Assembly: GCA_964016885.1 (NCBI GenBank)
Contig: OZ024752.1
Coordinates: 15,686,001 to 15,750,000 of the forward strand
DNA: 64,000 nt
Source: Eledone cirrhosa
Lineage: Eukaryota
Direction: 5' to 3'
Within the stretch, counting starts at the first letter, position 1, and the number at the start of each line of letters is the position of its first letter. A program made the position numbers and the translations under genes. A model generated the notes under the pieces. The model did no database searches. It was given only the letters and a program-made list of their open reading frames with translations, and was not told the origin of the DNA. Below, piece after piece: positions 27,888-40,126 of the stretch.

Positions 27888-28078
27888 GGGCGGTGAATTG
27901 GCAGTATCGGTAGAGGGTCGGACGCCATGCTTTCTAGCATAGTTACGTCCCTTTACGGTCTGAGTTCAAATCCCGCCGAGGTTAACTTTGCCTTTCAGCC
28001 TGACGGGGTCGATAAAATAAAGTACCAGTAATGTACTGGGATAATTGCTGGCCTTGTGCCAAAAGTAGAAACAAGTAT
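27888..28078 (+). mobile_element. SINE1 with TSD TATCATGCAATGCAAAGG
   Basis: Direct repeat on both sides. Confidence 0.9.
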
Positions 28079-28214
28079 CATGCAATGCAAAGGAGGGAGA
28101 ACCCTAAAAATGTATATATTGTGTTCAAGATCGAACGAAAACGTCTTAATTCCGATAGACATATTGATCAGTTTTAGCTCGGATGAGATAAAGAGTAAAT
28201 CAATGAACTAAGAC

Positions 28215-28910
28215 AGATAATTGGCAGAGCTGTTAGAACGGCGGATAGAATGCTTTGTAGTATTAATTCCGATTCTCTGTTCTCTGAGTTCAAAACCTGC
28301 CATGCTCAACTTTGCCTTTCCTCCATTCCAGGTCAATAAAAACAGTATACGTCACGTACTGGGGACCATTCTTCCTCTATATCTCTCACTTCCATTCTCT
28401 CAATCTCAATCCTTCTTTAGAAGTAATCTTCTATATCCAGATCTAGAGAGGAGTTGGGCTCCACCAATATTAAATATAAAGTCACCTAGAAACGCCATAT
28501 ATCAATACGCCATACCTACGACTCCCTCGGGAGTTAGGGGGCCATGAATGAACTACGGTGGAAAAAAGGCAGAGTCATTAGAATAATTTTATGGGGAGGG
28601 AAAATTCAATTAAATCGACTCCAGTGAATTACTGGTGCTTTATTTTATCAACCCCCGTAAAGATGAAAAGCAAAGCTAACCACAGCGGGATTTGAACTCA
28701 GAACGTAAAGAGCCATGACTCTATGCCGCTAAGTATATTGTCCGAAGCAGTACCGGCACTGCCAATCCACCGCCCTAATAATAATTGTTTCTACTTTTGG
28801 CTCAAGGCCATCAATTATCCCAGTGTATTACTGGTACTTTATTTTATCGACCCCGTAAGAATGAAAGGCAAAGCTAACCCCGGCGGGATTTGAATTCAGA
28901 ACGTAAAGAG
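28215..28910. mobile_element. SINE1 cluster (28215-28365 +, 28580-28776 -, 28778-28910 -)
   Basis: Core matches. Confidence 0.75.
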
Positions 28911-29113
28911 CGTTTTGGGTTTTCCTTAACCCTTTAGCATTTAAACCGGCTATATCCGGCCAGAATTTTCTTGTTCAAACTGGCCTTAACCAGCTGCTAA
29001 TACTGATGTTAATATATTGTTCTTAAAATAAATAATTTCAAAATCTCGTAGATACAAAATTATGTGAGATAAAGCCTTTACCACAGAAATACACTAATAT
29101 ATATAGAGTAATA

Positions 29114-29805
29114 CTAGCAGAATGGCTGGCGTTGCTCGGGATTTACTCTAGGCTTCTTATATATTTGATATATATTTATCCTTATCGAGCCTCATGAAAT
29201 AAATACGTTTGTTTATATGTTGTTATTGTGTATGCAAAAATATCTGTACACGAATATATAATTATATATATATATCTACTTATGCTAGTCTACTTATATA
29301 TATAACCAGCAATTTCTCTGTCTGTCTGTCCGACAGTGGAAACACGTGCGTAGAGAGAGAGTGAGAGTGAAAGAAAGCGACAGACTACGAGAGTGGGATA
29401 GCGGGAGGGAGAGAGGGAGAGAGAGAGTGAATAGACGCTAAAATACGTGCTACAGAAACATTACCTTCCCCTCTCCACTAACTTTGGTCACTGAGGCCGA
29501 GGAAATCGCGCTGAGCGAGTCATAATGACGTAATGCAGACAGCCAGACATACAGACAGATATTATAAGGGCGCAACGTTATATCTATGTATCTAGCTAAA
29601 AAGAAAGACTAAGAATTATATAGAGAGAACGCTAAATCGCCTAATGCGGTCCCTAGGGCATTGAAAATTTGAAATAATTTTTGCTCAAAACACTCACAGG
29701 ACCATAAGTATTACGTGTCTAAAGTTTGAAAACAATCGGTTGGATGGTTCTCAAGTTTTAGTGAGCTGACAGACAGACAGACATTCTCTGTTTTAGATAT
29801 ATAGA
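29114..29805 (-). mobile_element. Non-autonomous Helitron H1
   Basis: - strand: 5' TCTATATATCTAAAACAGAGAATGTCTGTCTG ... CCCGAGCAACGCCAGCCATTCTG-CTAG|T 3'. Confidence 0.8.
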
Positions 29806-29842
29806 CTAGCAGAAAACCGCCCCCCAGGTGGTTTTCTGCTAG

Positions 29843-30007
29843 TCTATATATCTAAAACAGAGAATGTCTGTCTGTATGTCCGATCACTAAAACTCGTGAA
29901 GCACCCAACCGATTGTTTTAAAACTTTACACTGTTCTGAGCAAAAAAGATTTCAAATTGTCAATGCCCTAGGGACCACATTAGGTGATTTAGCGATCTCT
30001 CTCTCTC

Positions 30008-30046
<39 letters not shown>

Positions 30047-30323
30047 TTAGATATAACGTTGCGCCTTTATACTATCTCTCTGTATGCCTGACTGTCTGCA
30101 TTACGACATTATGACGTTGCTGTGTGTGTGTGTGTGTGTGTGTGTACATATATAGTTTATATATATATATATATAGTGTGTAACGTTTTTCGAAATATTT
30201 ACTTCTGCGTTCATAGATTGATTTATTTATTTTAGTTCAGAAGATCCCGTTAAGGGTGAAATATATATCAAATATATAAGAACCCAAGAGCAAATCCCGA
30301 GCGACGCCGGGCCATTCTGCTAG
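29843..30323 (+). mobile_element. Non-autonomous Helitron H2
   Basis: 5' TCTATATATCTAAAACAGAG ... hairpin CCCGAGCGACGCCGGG, CCATTCTG-CTAG|T 3'. Confidence 0.85.
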
Positions 30324-30324
30324 T

Positions 30325-30449
30325 ATATATTAAAATAACAGATTAAAGTTTAAGCAAAGAATCGCTGCTTTCACCCTTAACGGGATCTTCTGAAACTAAA
30401 ATAATAAATCTGTGAACACAGAAGTAAATATTTTGAAAAACGTTACACA

Positions 30450-30497
<48 letters not shown>

Positions 30498-30836
30498 TCA
30501 CACTATATATATATATATATATATACATATATACACACACACAGCTACGTCATAATGACGTAATGCATACAGACAGATATTATAAGGGCGCAATGTTATA
30601 TCTATGTATCTCTCTAAAAAGAGAAAGACTAAGAGTTATAGAGAGAGATCGCTAAATCGCCTAATGCGGTCCGTTGGGCATTGAAAGTTTGAAATCTTTT
30701 TGCTCAAAATACTCACAGGACCATACGTATTACATGTGTAAAGTTTGAAAACAATGGGTTCGGTGGTTCTTGAATTTTAATGATCGGACAGACAGACAGA
30801 CAGACAGACAGACATTCTCTGTTTTAGATATATAGA
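30325..30836 (-). mobile_element. Helitron H3 (intact 5' end A|TC, 3' hairpin missing), containing a family A fragment
   Basis: Mirror image of H2 over most of its length. Confidence 0.75.
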
Positions 30837-31623
30837 TAAATGCTAAGGTTAATTGTTAGTGATAGAAAAATATAAAGATATAAAGAAAGGTACATATGAA
30901 AAAAAATTATGAAAATATAGATTAATATAAAACCATATAAATCACACATCATATATATTTTTACATTCATTATTTTCTCAGTTGTATGATCTATAAACAA
31001 ATTAGCAATAAAAGTAAAATATATCGTAGAAGACCAAAGACAGACTAAATGATCTTTATTGATATTATTTCCCACAATTCTCTACGGCTCTAACATCTTA
31101 ACGCCCTTGCTATATTGATTAATGATATTAAAGAAGCTAAATATTTAAATCATTGATTAATAGAAGTTAGTTTGAGCTATTCCTCCCTTCCCCCGTGTAG
31201 TAACTCACATCTTTTTTATTGGTCAATTAAAGGAATCAATTTTCGGATGTCAGCTGTAATTGTGTTAGTATGCTACATCTGCTTAGCTTCCTTCTTCTGT
31301 ATTGTTCTTTTTGATGTTAATACAATGTTGTGTCTGTTTCTCTTACAGTCTATGTAGGATTTAATTCATGTTATTTTGCCGGTCGGGGATGGCACTTTGC
31401 ATGTTTTTTTTGAGTGGTATATGTGAAGAAAATGTAGTATCATATAGATTATCTCTTTTCAGTTACGTTGGAATGTATGTTATATTATTTTACGTATATG
31501 TTATTGTGTTGAATATGCAGTATCATATATATATATATATATATATATTATGTCATCAAGTATGAAATTTGTAGACGTTTGTTTTTTCCACAAATCTCTA
31601 CAAATTCCATACTTGATAACCCT

Positions 31624-31715
<92 letters not shown>

Positions 31716-31717
31716 TT

Positions 31718-32017
31718 GTGAAGGCGCGTGGCTTTGTGGTTAGAATATTCGCCTCGCAATCATGAGGTCGTGAGTTTGATTCCCGGGGACACATCGTGTC
31801 CTCTATTTGACGTTGTTCCAGTCTACTCAATATGAGTTATACCTGTAATTCTAAGGGTCTCCCTTGACACTTTATGCGTCACGCTACATCTCCCTAAGGA
31901 CTATGTTAAGGGTATACGTGTCTGTGGAATACTCACCTACTTTTACGTTAATTCCACAAGCAGGCTGTTACGTTGATGAATCAGATGGAACACTCGTCGT
32001 CGTAACCGACGGAGTGC
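31718..32017 (+). mobile_element. SINE family 2
   Basis: GTGAAGGCGCGTGGC head, B box, tail CACTCGTCGTCGTAACCGACGGAGTGC (also at 36975-37262). Confidence 0.75.
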
Positions 32018-32255
32018 TTGCTATGAATATATTATCTATTTTCAGTTATGTATATATGTTATATTATTTTACGTGAATGTTATGTGTAGGATATGTATTA
32101 TCATATATATTTGATATCTTTTCAGTTATGTATGTATATATGTTGTTATATTGAATGTTATGTGTAGAATATGTAGTGAAGGAAGACAGGAAGACGATAC
32201 TTTGGTTCGTGGAAACGAGCCCTCTTTGGATTTTAGTCTTCAAATTTATTATTAT

Positions 32256-32305
<50 letters not shown>

Positions 32306-32381
32306 CGAAGGAAATGTGGTAAGGAACCAGGTGGACCATAACGCACCAAAGTACTCAATACTTAGGGTAGTAGAGTGGGTA

Positions 32382-32487
32382 ATAGGAACAAGTAAGACCC
32401 CGACAGCTGAGCTCAAGCCGTTTCGACGGCTAATTCTGAATTAGCCGTCGAAACGGCTTGAGCTCAGCCGTCGGGGTCTTACTTGTT

Positions 32488-32492
<5 letters not shown>
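32382..32492. repeat. 111-bp near-perfect palindrome (55-bp arms, 1 mismatch), family E
   Basis: Centre AATTC-T-GAATT at 32437; followed by (TA)n. Confidence 0.9.
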
Positions 32493-32524
<32 letters not shown>

Positions 32525-32664
32525 CATCTTTCCTGATGTGAATGTATATTATTTTATTCGATACCTATCGTGTATATTATGATCTGTGTAAAATGTTCTA
32601 TATTATTCAGTGGTACTTGTACATAATATATACGGTGTGGGTTGTCTTAATGTTATTTGGTAGT

Positions 32665-33073
32665 TATTCTGTAGAGCGTCCGACAACATGCTTTGCGGCA
32701 TATAGTTTCGCTCCTTTACGTTCTGAGTTTAAATTCCGCCGATGTTGGCTTTGCCGTTCATCCTTGTGTAGTCGATAATATAAAATAACAGTAATGAGAT
32801 CGATTTTATTGACTTTCTCCTCACCCCCAACAATTGTTCACCTTGAGCCTAAACCAGAAACCATTATTATTATTATTATTAAGGGCGGTGGATTGGCAGT
32901 ATCGGTGGAGGGTCGGACGCCATGCTTTGCAGCAAAGAGTTACGGCCCTTTATGGTCTCAGTTCAAATCCCGCTGAGGTTAACTTTGCCTTTCGTCTTTA
33001 CGGGGTCGATAAAATAAAGTACCAATAATACACAGAGACAATTGCTGGCCTTGTGCCAAAAGTAGAAACAATT

Positions 33074-33129
<56 letters not shown>
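32665..33129 (+). mobile_element. Two tandem SINE1 copies (32665-32880, 32883-33075) followed by an expanded (ATT)n tail
   Basis: The second copy is inserted in the (ATT)n tail of the first. Confidence 0.85.
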
Positions 33130-33336
33130 CACGTTGGTCTAAACAGCATCAATAACACCATGAACAACAATAAGTGTTTGCGGAAATCACCTGAAAAAGA
33201 CACGTAAATGTTTAACATAGATTTAATAGACAAAGAAAGTTGTTTGGCACCAGTGTCCAAACTTATGAATTTTAACAACCTTCGGCCAACATAACCTTTC
33301 CGTCCGACGATTTGGCAGTAACTGCCAAAATCACTT

Positions 33337-33643
33337 TCAACCATTGATGTATTTCGGCGAAAACCAAACTGCCGGAGGGGGCACACGCACCAGAGTGGAA
33401 CGAGCGTTGAAATTCTTATTGTCGGAGATCCAGCACACTTCTGTAATATTCAGTATTTCCCTGGCCGTAAAACAATCTGTGTAGCATTTCAGAATACCCA
33501 GTACATTCTGATATGCAGAGTAACTAGGGGAATGGACCGTGAAGATCAGGATATCACGAATCGTACCGGAGTTGGACAGACGAGAGATCCTGGCTTGTAT
33601 AGTTAGTGAGGGCTTTAACGTCTTCTTTGCAGTGAAAGGAACT
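33337..33643 (-). CDS. Possible terminal coding exon (101 open codons after a TTCTTTCAG acceptor); unassigned
   Basis: Frame VPFTAKKTLKPSLTIQARIS...VPPPAVWFSPKYING* is open from the acceptor, with an in-frame TAG just upstream; locally GC-richer; no recognisable domain. Confidence 0.25.
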
Positions 33644-35715
33644 CTGAAAGAACACTAGTCGTTGATCAGTGTGGAGATGCTCCCCACATTAAACCATATA
33701 AGATTGATAAGATCCGAGACATGATTCGTGTGAAGTGGTCTTGTATGTATTGGTTAAAGGTAAAAGGTCTTGTTACAACATGTGTGGGGAGTCTAGGAAC
33801 TTGAGAGCTTTCTGTCCTCAACAGAAGACAAGAAAGCACAGGGCCTTTTTGTTCCCAACACCTGGACCCCAACCAACGCAGTATTAACAACAGCGGCACG
33901 AACAATTCCACCAATTCGATACTAGAATCAGGAACACTTGAAATGAATAAATTAACAAGAAGTGAAAAGAAACAAAATTTAAGAAAGGGAAACATTATGA
34001 TATTACTTTAAACGAAAATTGTCTCCAATCAGAGTGGTTTGTCGAGTTGAAAGTTTGGTTTTCGATAACACTCTTTCTGACCTCAATATTGTTTTCAAGT
34101 ACATTCAGACAATAACTGCGTGTAATAAACGAACATTTTTTTTATTAACTAAAATCATTTTTAGAACATTGCTAATTGTAATTGTCCTGCTAATTGTTAA
34201 CAAAAATCGATGGCTGATTTTGGGACTACATTTCATATTACTTTTTATCGTCAACACTTTAACTCTACAGTCACTCACGATTAGCAATATGTTTGTTTGT
34301 ATTGAGCTAAATTAGTGCTAGGTGACGTATAAGTGACTTTGAATTTCCAATAGATGTTTCATTTACAAGCACAGCATATATATACAGTATTGCCTTGTCC
34401 GATGAACGAATGAGGACGTTTTTCGTATTCGTCTTATTCGGGAAACCTCTGGTAATGAGGTAATTATATTGTATTGTTTATTATACATTAAATTTAGCTC
34501 TGGTACTTACATGGAGCACTCTTCACTCCAATGACTTTTTCAATTTTCAACGGAAACTTCAATACTTATATATATATTATATATATATAGTCAGTTTGGA
34601 AGCATCTACAATGCAGGTGGGTAAATCTGACAACGAAATCACGTGGGACTAGCAGAAGGAGAAGGGAAACAAACGAAAATTAACGTAAAAGGCAGACGAA
34701 GAGGAGAATGCCAGAGTCTGTGTACCATAAAATATTTATTAATCCCTATATTTCGGATTCGCATCCATCAACATAATTTATATCATATACAGTTAATGTG
34801 GTGTGGTAAATAAATATATACATATATATAAGGTCCGAACATGATGGAACCAAACTTCCACAGTCATTATCTCCGTCTCTCCCACTCTCCCATCTTTTAC
34901 TATTTTGAGCAAATGTGGGACCACATTCTGGCCGCCCGTGGGCCCCACGGACGGAATAGCGAAAGCGTTTCCTCGGTGAATGGTGAGGGAGACGGGGAGA
35001 CGCGTTGGAAGTGAATACACTAGTGAATTTTATATATATATACGAGAGGTATAGTATATATAATAATATATATATATATATATACTATACCTCTCGTTGA
35101 CGAGATATTATTTTTTAATAATCCATTCCTAAAATATTCTAATATGAAATTAATTAAGTTTTTGAAAATGTTTCAATGCAACTTAACCAAGCAGAACCAC
35201 ACAACGAAGAAGAAATTCACTATGTGCCTTTAAGTCAGGTTTTAAAAAAGTATTGCTAGGCAAAAGTGGAGCACAGCTGAATAACTGTTTGAAAAGCAAT
35301 CGTTACTGTCACTGCTTATCAAAACCGCCCTCAGGTAACATCACGTAATCAATTTACGATAAGGTAATCTCTAAATTTAATAAATTAATTGTTTAACATT
35401 ATCAAAATTGTGATGGGATATTTAAGAGACGCAACAACCGAAAGATTTTAGGTAAAGATAAATAGAGAAACGTGTGTGTGTGTGTGTGATTGTGTGAGTG
35501 TGTGTGGTAGACATTCATCGGTTGTGACGACGAGTATTCCAGATAATTTGATAGACTGTTTGTATAAATAACATGAATGTTACTGGACATTCTACAAACG
35601 CATGAAATAAATTGTTTTGTTCTAGGACACAAGGTGCCACCAAGTGTCGAATTCACGACTTTGCCATCGTGAGTCGAAGACTAACCACTAAGCCACGAAG
35701 ATTCATAATAGAGAA

Positions 35716-35835
35716 ATAATTGTTTCTAGTTTAGGCACAAGGCCAGCAATTACCCAGTACATTACTGGTACTTTATTTTATCGACCCCGTAAGGATGAAA
35801 GGCAAAGTTAACCTCGGCAGGATTTGAACTCGGAT
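35716..35835 (-). mobile_element. SINE1, truncated, TSD AATAGAGAAATAAT
   Basis: Direct repeat on both flanks. Confidence 0.85.
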
Positions 35836-36669
35836 CACAATAGAGAAATAATGTAAATGAAACAAAGCCAATATAATGAGATACAGCTGTGCACAACACA
35901 GGGACGGGTCACACAAGAACGAAATATACACCAAGGGGTCTTCTGGAGTCCTTGGCTCTAGGACCACCTCCCTAATCACCACCATCAGCACGGAGTTGGC
36001 TACCCGCAGGTGTGAACATCGCGAGCTGGAATGGCTCTTCCAACTCGTATTCTTCAACATCCTCCGGGGAAACGGCTTCTCTATACTGTCCGACTGGTCT
36101 GCGGTGTGTCCAGCGCCTGGGTCCCTCATTGGCTTTATAATAGCCAGGGATACAGAGGCAGTGACAATCCCGGCATTGCTGAAATATTTTGTAGAGTTAA
36201 AGGTTAAGTGATTATAAAGACCTTGCCTGGAAACATTAAACTTATCCTCACTACATCAGCAGCTACTGAAATATCACAGCATGATGTAACAGTTAACAAA
36301 GAACTTACAATCAGAAATAAATAATGGTTTCTAAATAAGGCACAAGGCCAGCAATTCTTCGGGAGAGTGATGTCAATTAAATTGACTGCACCATCCTCTG
36401 GGGAAACGCCTACTCTATTCTGACCGTTGGGCCTGCGGGGCGGCGAATGCGTGGACCTCGAATTGCTCGTAATAGTGAAATAACGGCAGAGATGGAGGTA
36501 GCGATAGTGGGAGCTGGGTTCCTTTGTAGTCAGATCTGCTGTATATGTTTATATTTCAATGACACACACTCACATTTCCCCACAATGTTTCCTTAGAAAT
36601 CCATTTAACTAACCCTTTCAAGAATTTAATTTAAAATATTAAAATCTCCTCGTAATCACAATGATTTTA

Positions 36670-36858
36670 TATAATTGTTTCTATATTTGGCACAAGGCCA
36701 GTAATTAACCCAGTGCATTACTGGTACTTTATTTTATCGGTCCCGTAAGGTGAAAGACAAAGTTAACCTCGGCGGGATTTGAACTCAGACCGTAAAGGGA
36801 CGTAACTCTATGCTGAAAGAATGGCGTCTGATGCTCTACGATTCTGTCAATCCACCGT
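36670..36858 (-). mobile_element. SINE1
   Basis: Full length on the - strand. Confidence 0.85.
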
Positions 36859-36974
36859 ATTTTTATAAAATGAATAGTTAGACCAAGACATAATTAGTTT
36901 TATGTGAAAAAGATTTGTCAAATATTTTGATATTTTCTTTATTTTATTGAAGGTGAAAGAATGTCGACCGCACT

Positions 36975-37262
36975 TGGCCTCAGTGGAACTTGATATACGA
37001 ACGTAATGAGCCGTTGTTTCCTTGATCTAAACACTGTATTTCACTGTGCTCCATTCTATTCAGCTGGCAAAAATCAGTTGTACCTCTAATTCGAATCTCC
37101 AGCCTTGCCACATTCTGTGTCACGCTGAGTCTCCCTGAGATCTCCGTTAGGTATACGTGTGTAGGTGGGGGATGCTCCACATTTTGCACGTTAATTTCAC
37201 GAGCAGGTTGTCCGTTGATCCTATCAAAAGGAACACTCATCGTCGTAGCCGACGGAGTGCCA
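36975..37262 (+). mobile_element. SINE family 2
   Basis: Similar to 31718-32017. Confidence 0.7.
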
Positions 37263-37702
37263 TCATTGTATCATTTATATTGTCGTCGTTTAAGATATAA
37301 CCAGTATAGATCAGAAGATAATACATTTCACTTAAATCTGCTCCCATACAAACAAGTCTATCCGATCGATTGATAAGTCTATCCGTTGATAAGTTTTTAA
37401 ACCCGAAAATAATTGGGATCGTTAAATTTGGTAAGGTAAGATTCGTTTATTATCTTGGCAATCTAACATTCCCCTTCACAATTTAATTTTGTGATTCCTA
37501 TTAAACAATGCTTCGAGCAAGCTACAACACTCTACTACATTTTAGCTTATCGGATATTTATCGAAGACATAAATATTTTAAGTGTCCCCTTCTGATATCT
37601 CCCTTGAGTTTTTAGATATTGGAATACACGAAGGAAAGCTAAGAGCATATATCTTTCGTACTATGTATCCACATCATACGCCACTCCTAATAATTTCAAA
37701 TA

Positions 37703-37871
37703 CCGTATTTCCCGGCGTCGAAGACCTACTTTTTTCCAAAAATAAGTCTCAAAAATCTATCATGCGTCCTGGAGGCCGAAGGTTGTTTATTATTTTTTTT
37801 TTCAAATTTTTGGTTGTCAAAATTAGTGTGAGTCCTTGAGGACGAAGCGTCTCCGGCGCCGGAAAATATGG
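37703..37871. mobile_element. Tc1/mariner-superfamily (pogo/Fot1-like) MITE
   Basis: TA|CCGTATTTCCCGGCG ... CGCCGGAAAATATGG|TA. Confidence 0.75.
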
Positions 37872-38012
37872 TACCTAACATGTTTTTTTATCACAATAAC
37901 ATTTATTCAAAATACCGCAATGCTACCATAATTATATTTTTTATCCAATATAAATTACTTTTGAACACTTTAGTCATTGCTTCAAACAGATGGATTATAT
38001 TATTGTTTAAAG

Positions 38013-38303
38013 CAGAGCTTCTCAAAATGGGCGCTACGGCGTGGGGGCGGGCAAACTATAAATATTATATAATAATATTCTAAATAACAAATGATACATA
38101 TATAAAAATATAAGATAGAGAAAAAATATGTAATATCTATTTATACATAGTATATATTATGTTATTTATTATATATGAATTAATTTAATTTATTTTATAT
38201 TGTTTACAGTTTGCGTGTAGGAAGGTGTCTCTCTAAATAGGGTTGGGGCCGCTGAGAGTGTTACGTGGCCGTGAGTGGGGCGGGAGACATTTGAGAACCT
38301 CTG
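38013..38303. mobile_element. hAT (Charlie-like) MITE
   Basis: TIRs CAGAGCTTCTCAAA / TTTGAGAACCTCTG; 8-bp TSD GTTTAAAG / GTTTAAAC. Confidence 0.8.
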
Positions 38304-39489
38304 GTTTAAACATCATTCAAGGAGTGATATAGCTTTCAGTTTATCCTTTTAGAATTCATGAAAATATCGTCTTTTTATCGATTAAGCGTATATTTTTCTC
38401 GAAAGTTTAGACTGTAAATTTCTATATAAATGCTGCTGATACTATATTATTCCATCAAATACTGAGTCGACAGAATCCGAAAATGATGTAAGTACATTAC
38501 ATCGAGTATTTATGAAGAAAAATAACACTGAATGTGACAGATAATTCTCCCCCCGCTTTACGAACGTTGATTCAACCCAGAGCCAATCCATCACCTTTTA
38601 CAGACATTCAATCCATACATCCTGATCCTTTCCAAGGCACACATCTCTTACCTGTTAACCCTAGTTTATTTGTGATGACAAGGCTACATTCAATATTTAA
38701 CAATGATTTTCTGAAAGGTGGTATCTATGCAGATGTAATCACCAAGCACCGCCCATCACCTATTACATTATCTTTTCAGACAATAATATTCCGACGAAGA
38801 ATGTTTCTACATTTGCTATTTTTCCTCCTCCTCATTCTACAATAGATACACGTAAACAGAAAATCATCATTCAGAAGAACCAGAATACATCATCTCTCGC
38901 TTTACATAGACATTATCTCTTACTTCTGTTTATCTATCTCCATCGTTCTAATGGCAAATATCCAGACCTGCTAATCTCTAAAAACCCAAACGAGAAGTAC
39001 CATGCAAAACTGTGCCCTAAAACGAGAAGAAATGAGGCAAAATGCGGAGATTTTACATAATGAAAGCTATACCCATTTTCAAAGGAGAAGGCATCTTTCA
39101 CCCACCCCAAAGTGGGTGAGAGATTTCCCCGTCGAACGGGGGGAGTTGGCAGGTTTGGATATCAGTTATAGAGAAAAATGGAATAATCTCACAGAACAGA
39201 AAAGCTATCAAGATATTGCGCTGTTTGTCCCGTGGTGAAGGATTCACGGTATTTCTACTCACTTTATCTATCGTTCACCAACGTAGCAATCTCCCCTCCC
39301 CCAATCCATGAAATTAACGATGAGAGTTTCAGATGGAAGTAATTACAGGCATGAGATGATATTAGAAAATCTATTGTCAAAATTTATAAACTAAAACTTT
39401 TTTTGAAAGACTGAAATGAATTAAAATCCTTTTCTTATAATAGTTAGCCTTCTTATAATGCCTTATCTAAATTCATTATCTCGCTCTAT

Positions 39490-39670
39490 AGGGCGGTGAA
39501 TTGGCAGTATTGGTAGAGGGTCAGACATGCTTTCCAGCGTAGTTACGTCCCTTTACGATCTGAGTTCAATTCCCGCTGAGGTTAACTTTGCCTTTCATCC
39601 TTACAGAGTCGATAAAATAAAGTACCAGTAATACACTGGATAATTGCTGGCCTTGGGCAAAAGTAGAAAC
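39490..39670 (+). mobile_element. SINE1 with TSD ATTATCTCGCTCTATAG
   Basis: Direct repeat on both flanks. Confidence 0.9.
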
Positions 39671-39875
39671 TATTATCTCGCTCTATAGCTAAATATCTTT
39701 CACAAAATCACTCACTCCCTTTCTCTCGTTCACTTCTCACTCTCTCACTCTCTCTCTCTATATATATATACATTGCAAGAGGTGTCAACATGAATAGACC
39801 TGTTATTTTTTTCTCAAGATATTTTTTTCAATTCCAACCCGCCCGTCTCTTCAATCTATTGTATTTCTCATTCTT

Positions 39876-39911
39876 TCTTCTGATGAAGGACTAGCATCCG
39901 AAACGTTAAGA
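39876..39911 (+). ncRNA. Minimal type I hammerhead ribozyme motif
   Basis: tctt-CTGATGA-a-GGA-ctagca-TCC-GAA-ACGT-T-aaga (palindromic stem III, GUU triplet). Confidence 0.65.
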
Positions 39912-40090
39912 CCCTCTTCCTGCTATTTCAAGCGTTAACCTAATATATACCTTCCATATACTGTACTGATTGTGTTGTTATTTCTGTTTACCTTTTATAT
40001 ACATATATATATATATTGTTATTTTTATCTAGAGACATTTTTTCCATTCCAACCCGCCCGTCCCCTCAATCTATCTTATTTCTCATTCTT

Positions 40091-40126
40091 TCTTCTGACG
40101 AAGGACTAGCGTCCGAAACATTAAGA
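40091..40126 (+). ncRNA. Minimal type I hammerhead ribozyme motif
   Basis: tctt-CTGACGA-a-GGAC-tagc-GTCC-GAAA-catt-aaga. Confidence 0.6.

Noticed and set aside
28926-29030. piggyBac-like end TTAA|CCCTTT
   Set aside because: No matching opposite terminus was found.
38652-38710. Possible 59-bp exon on the - strand (TTTCAG...CAG|GTAAG)
   Set aside because: Such splice-site pairs are common by chance and the peptide is uninformative.
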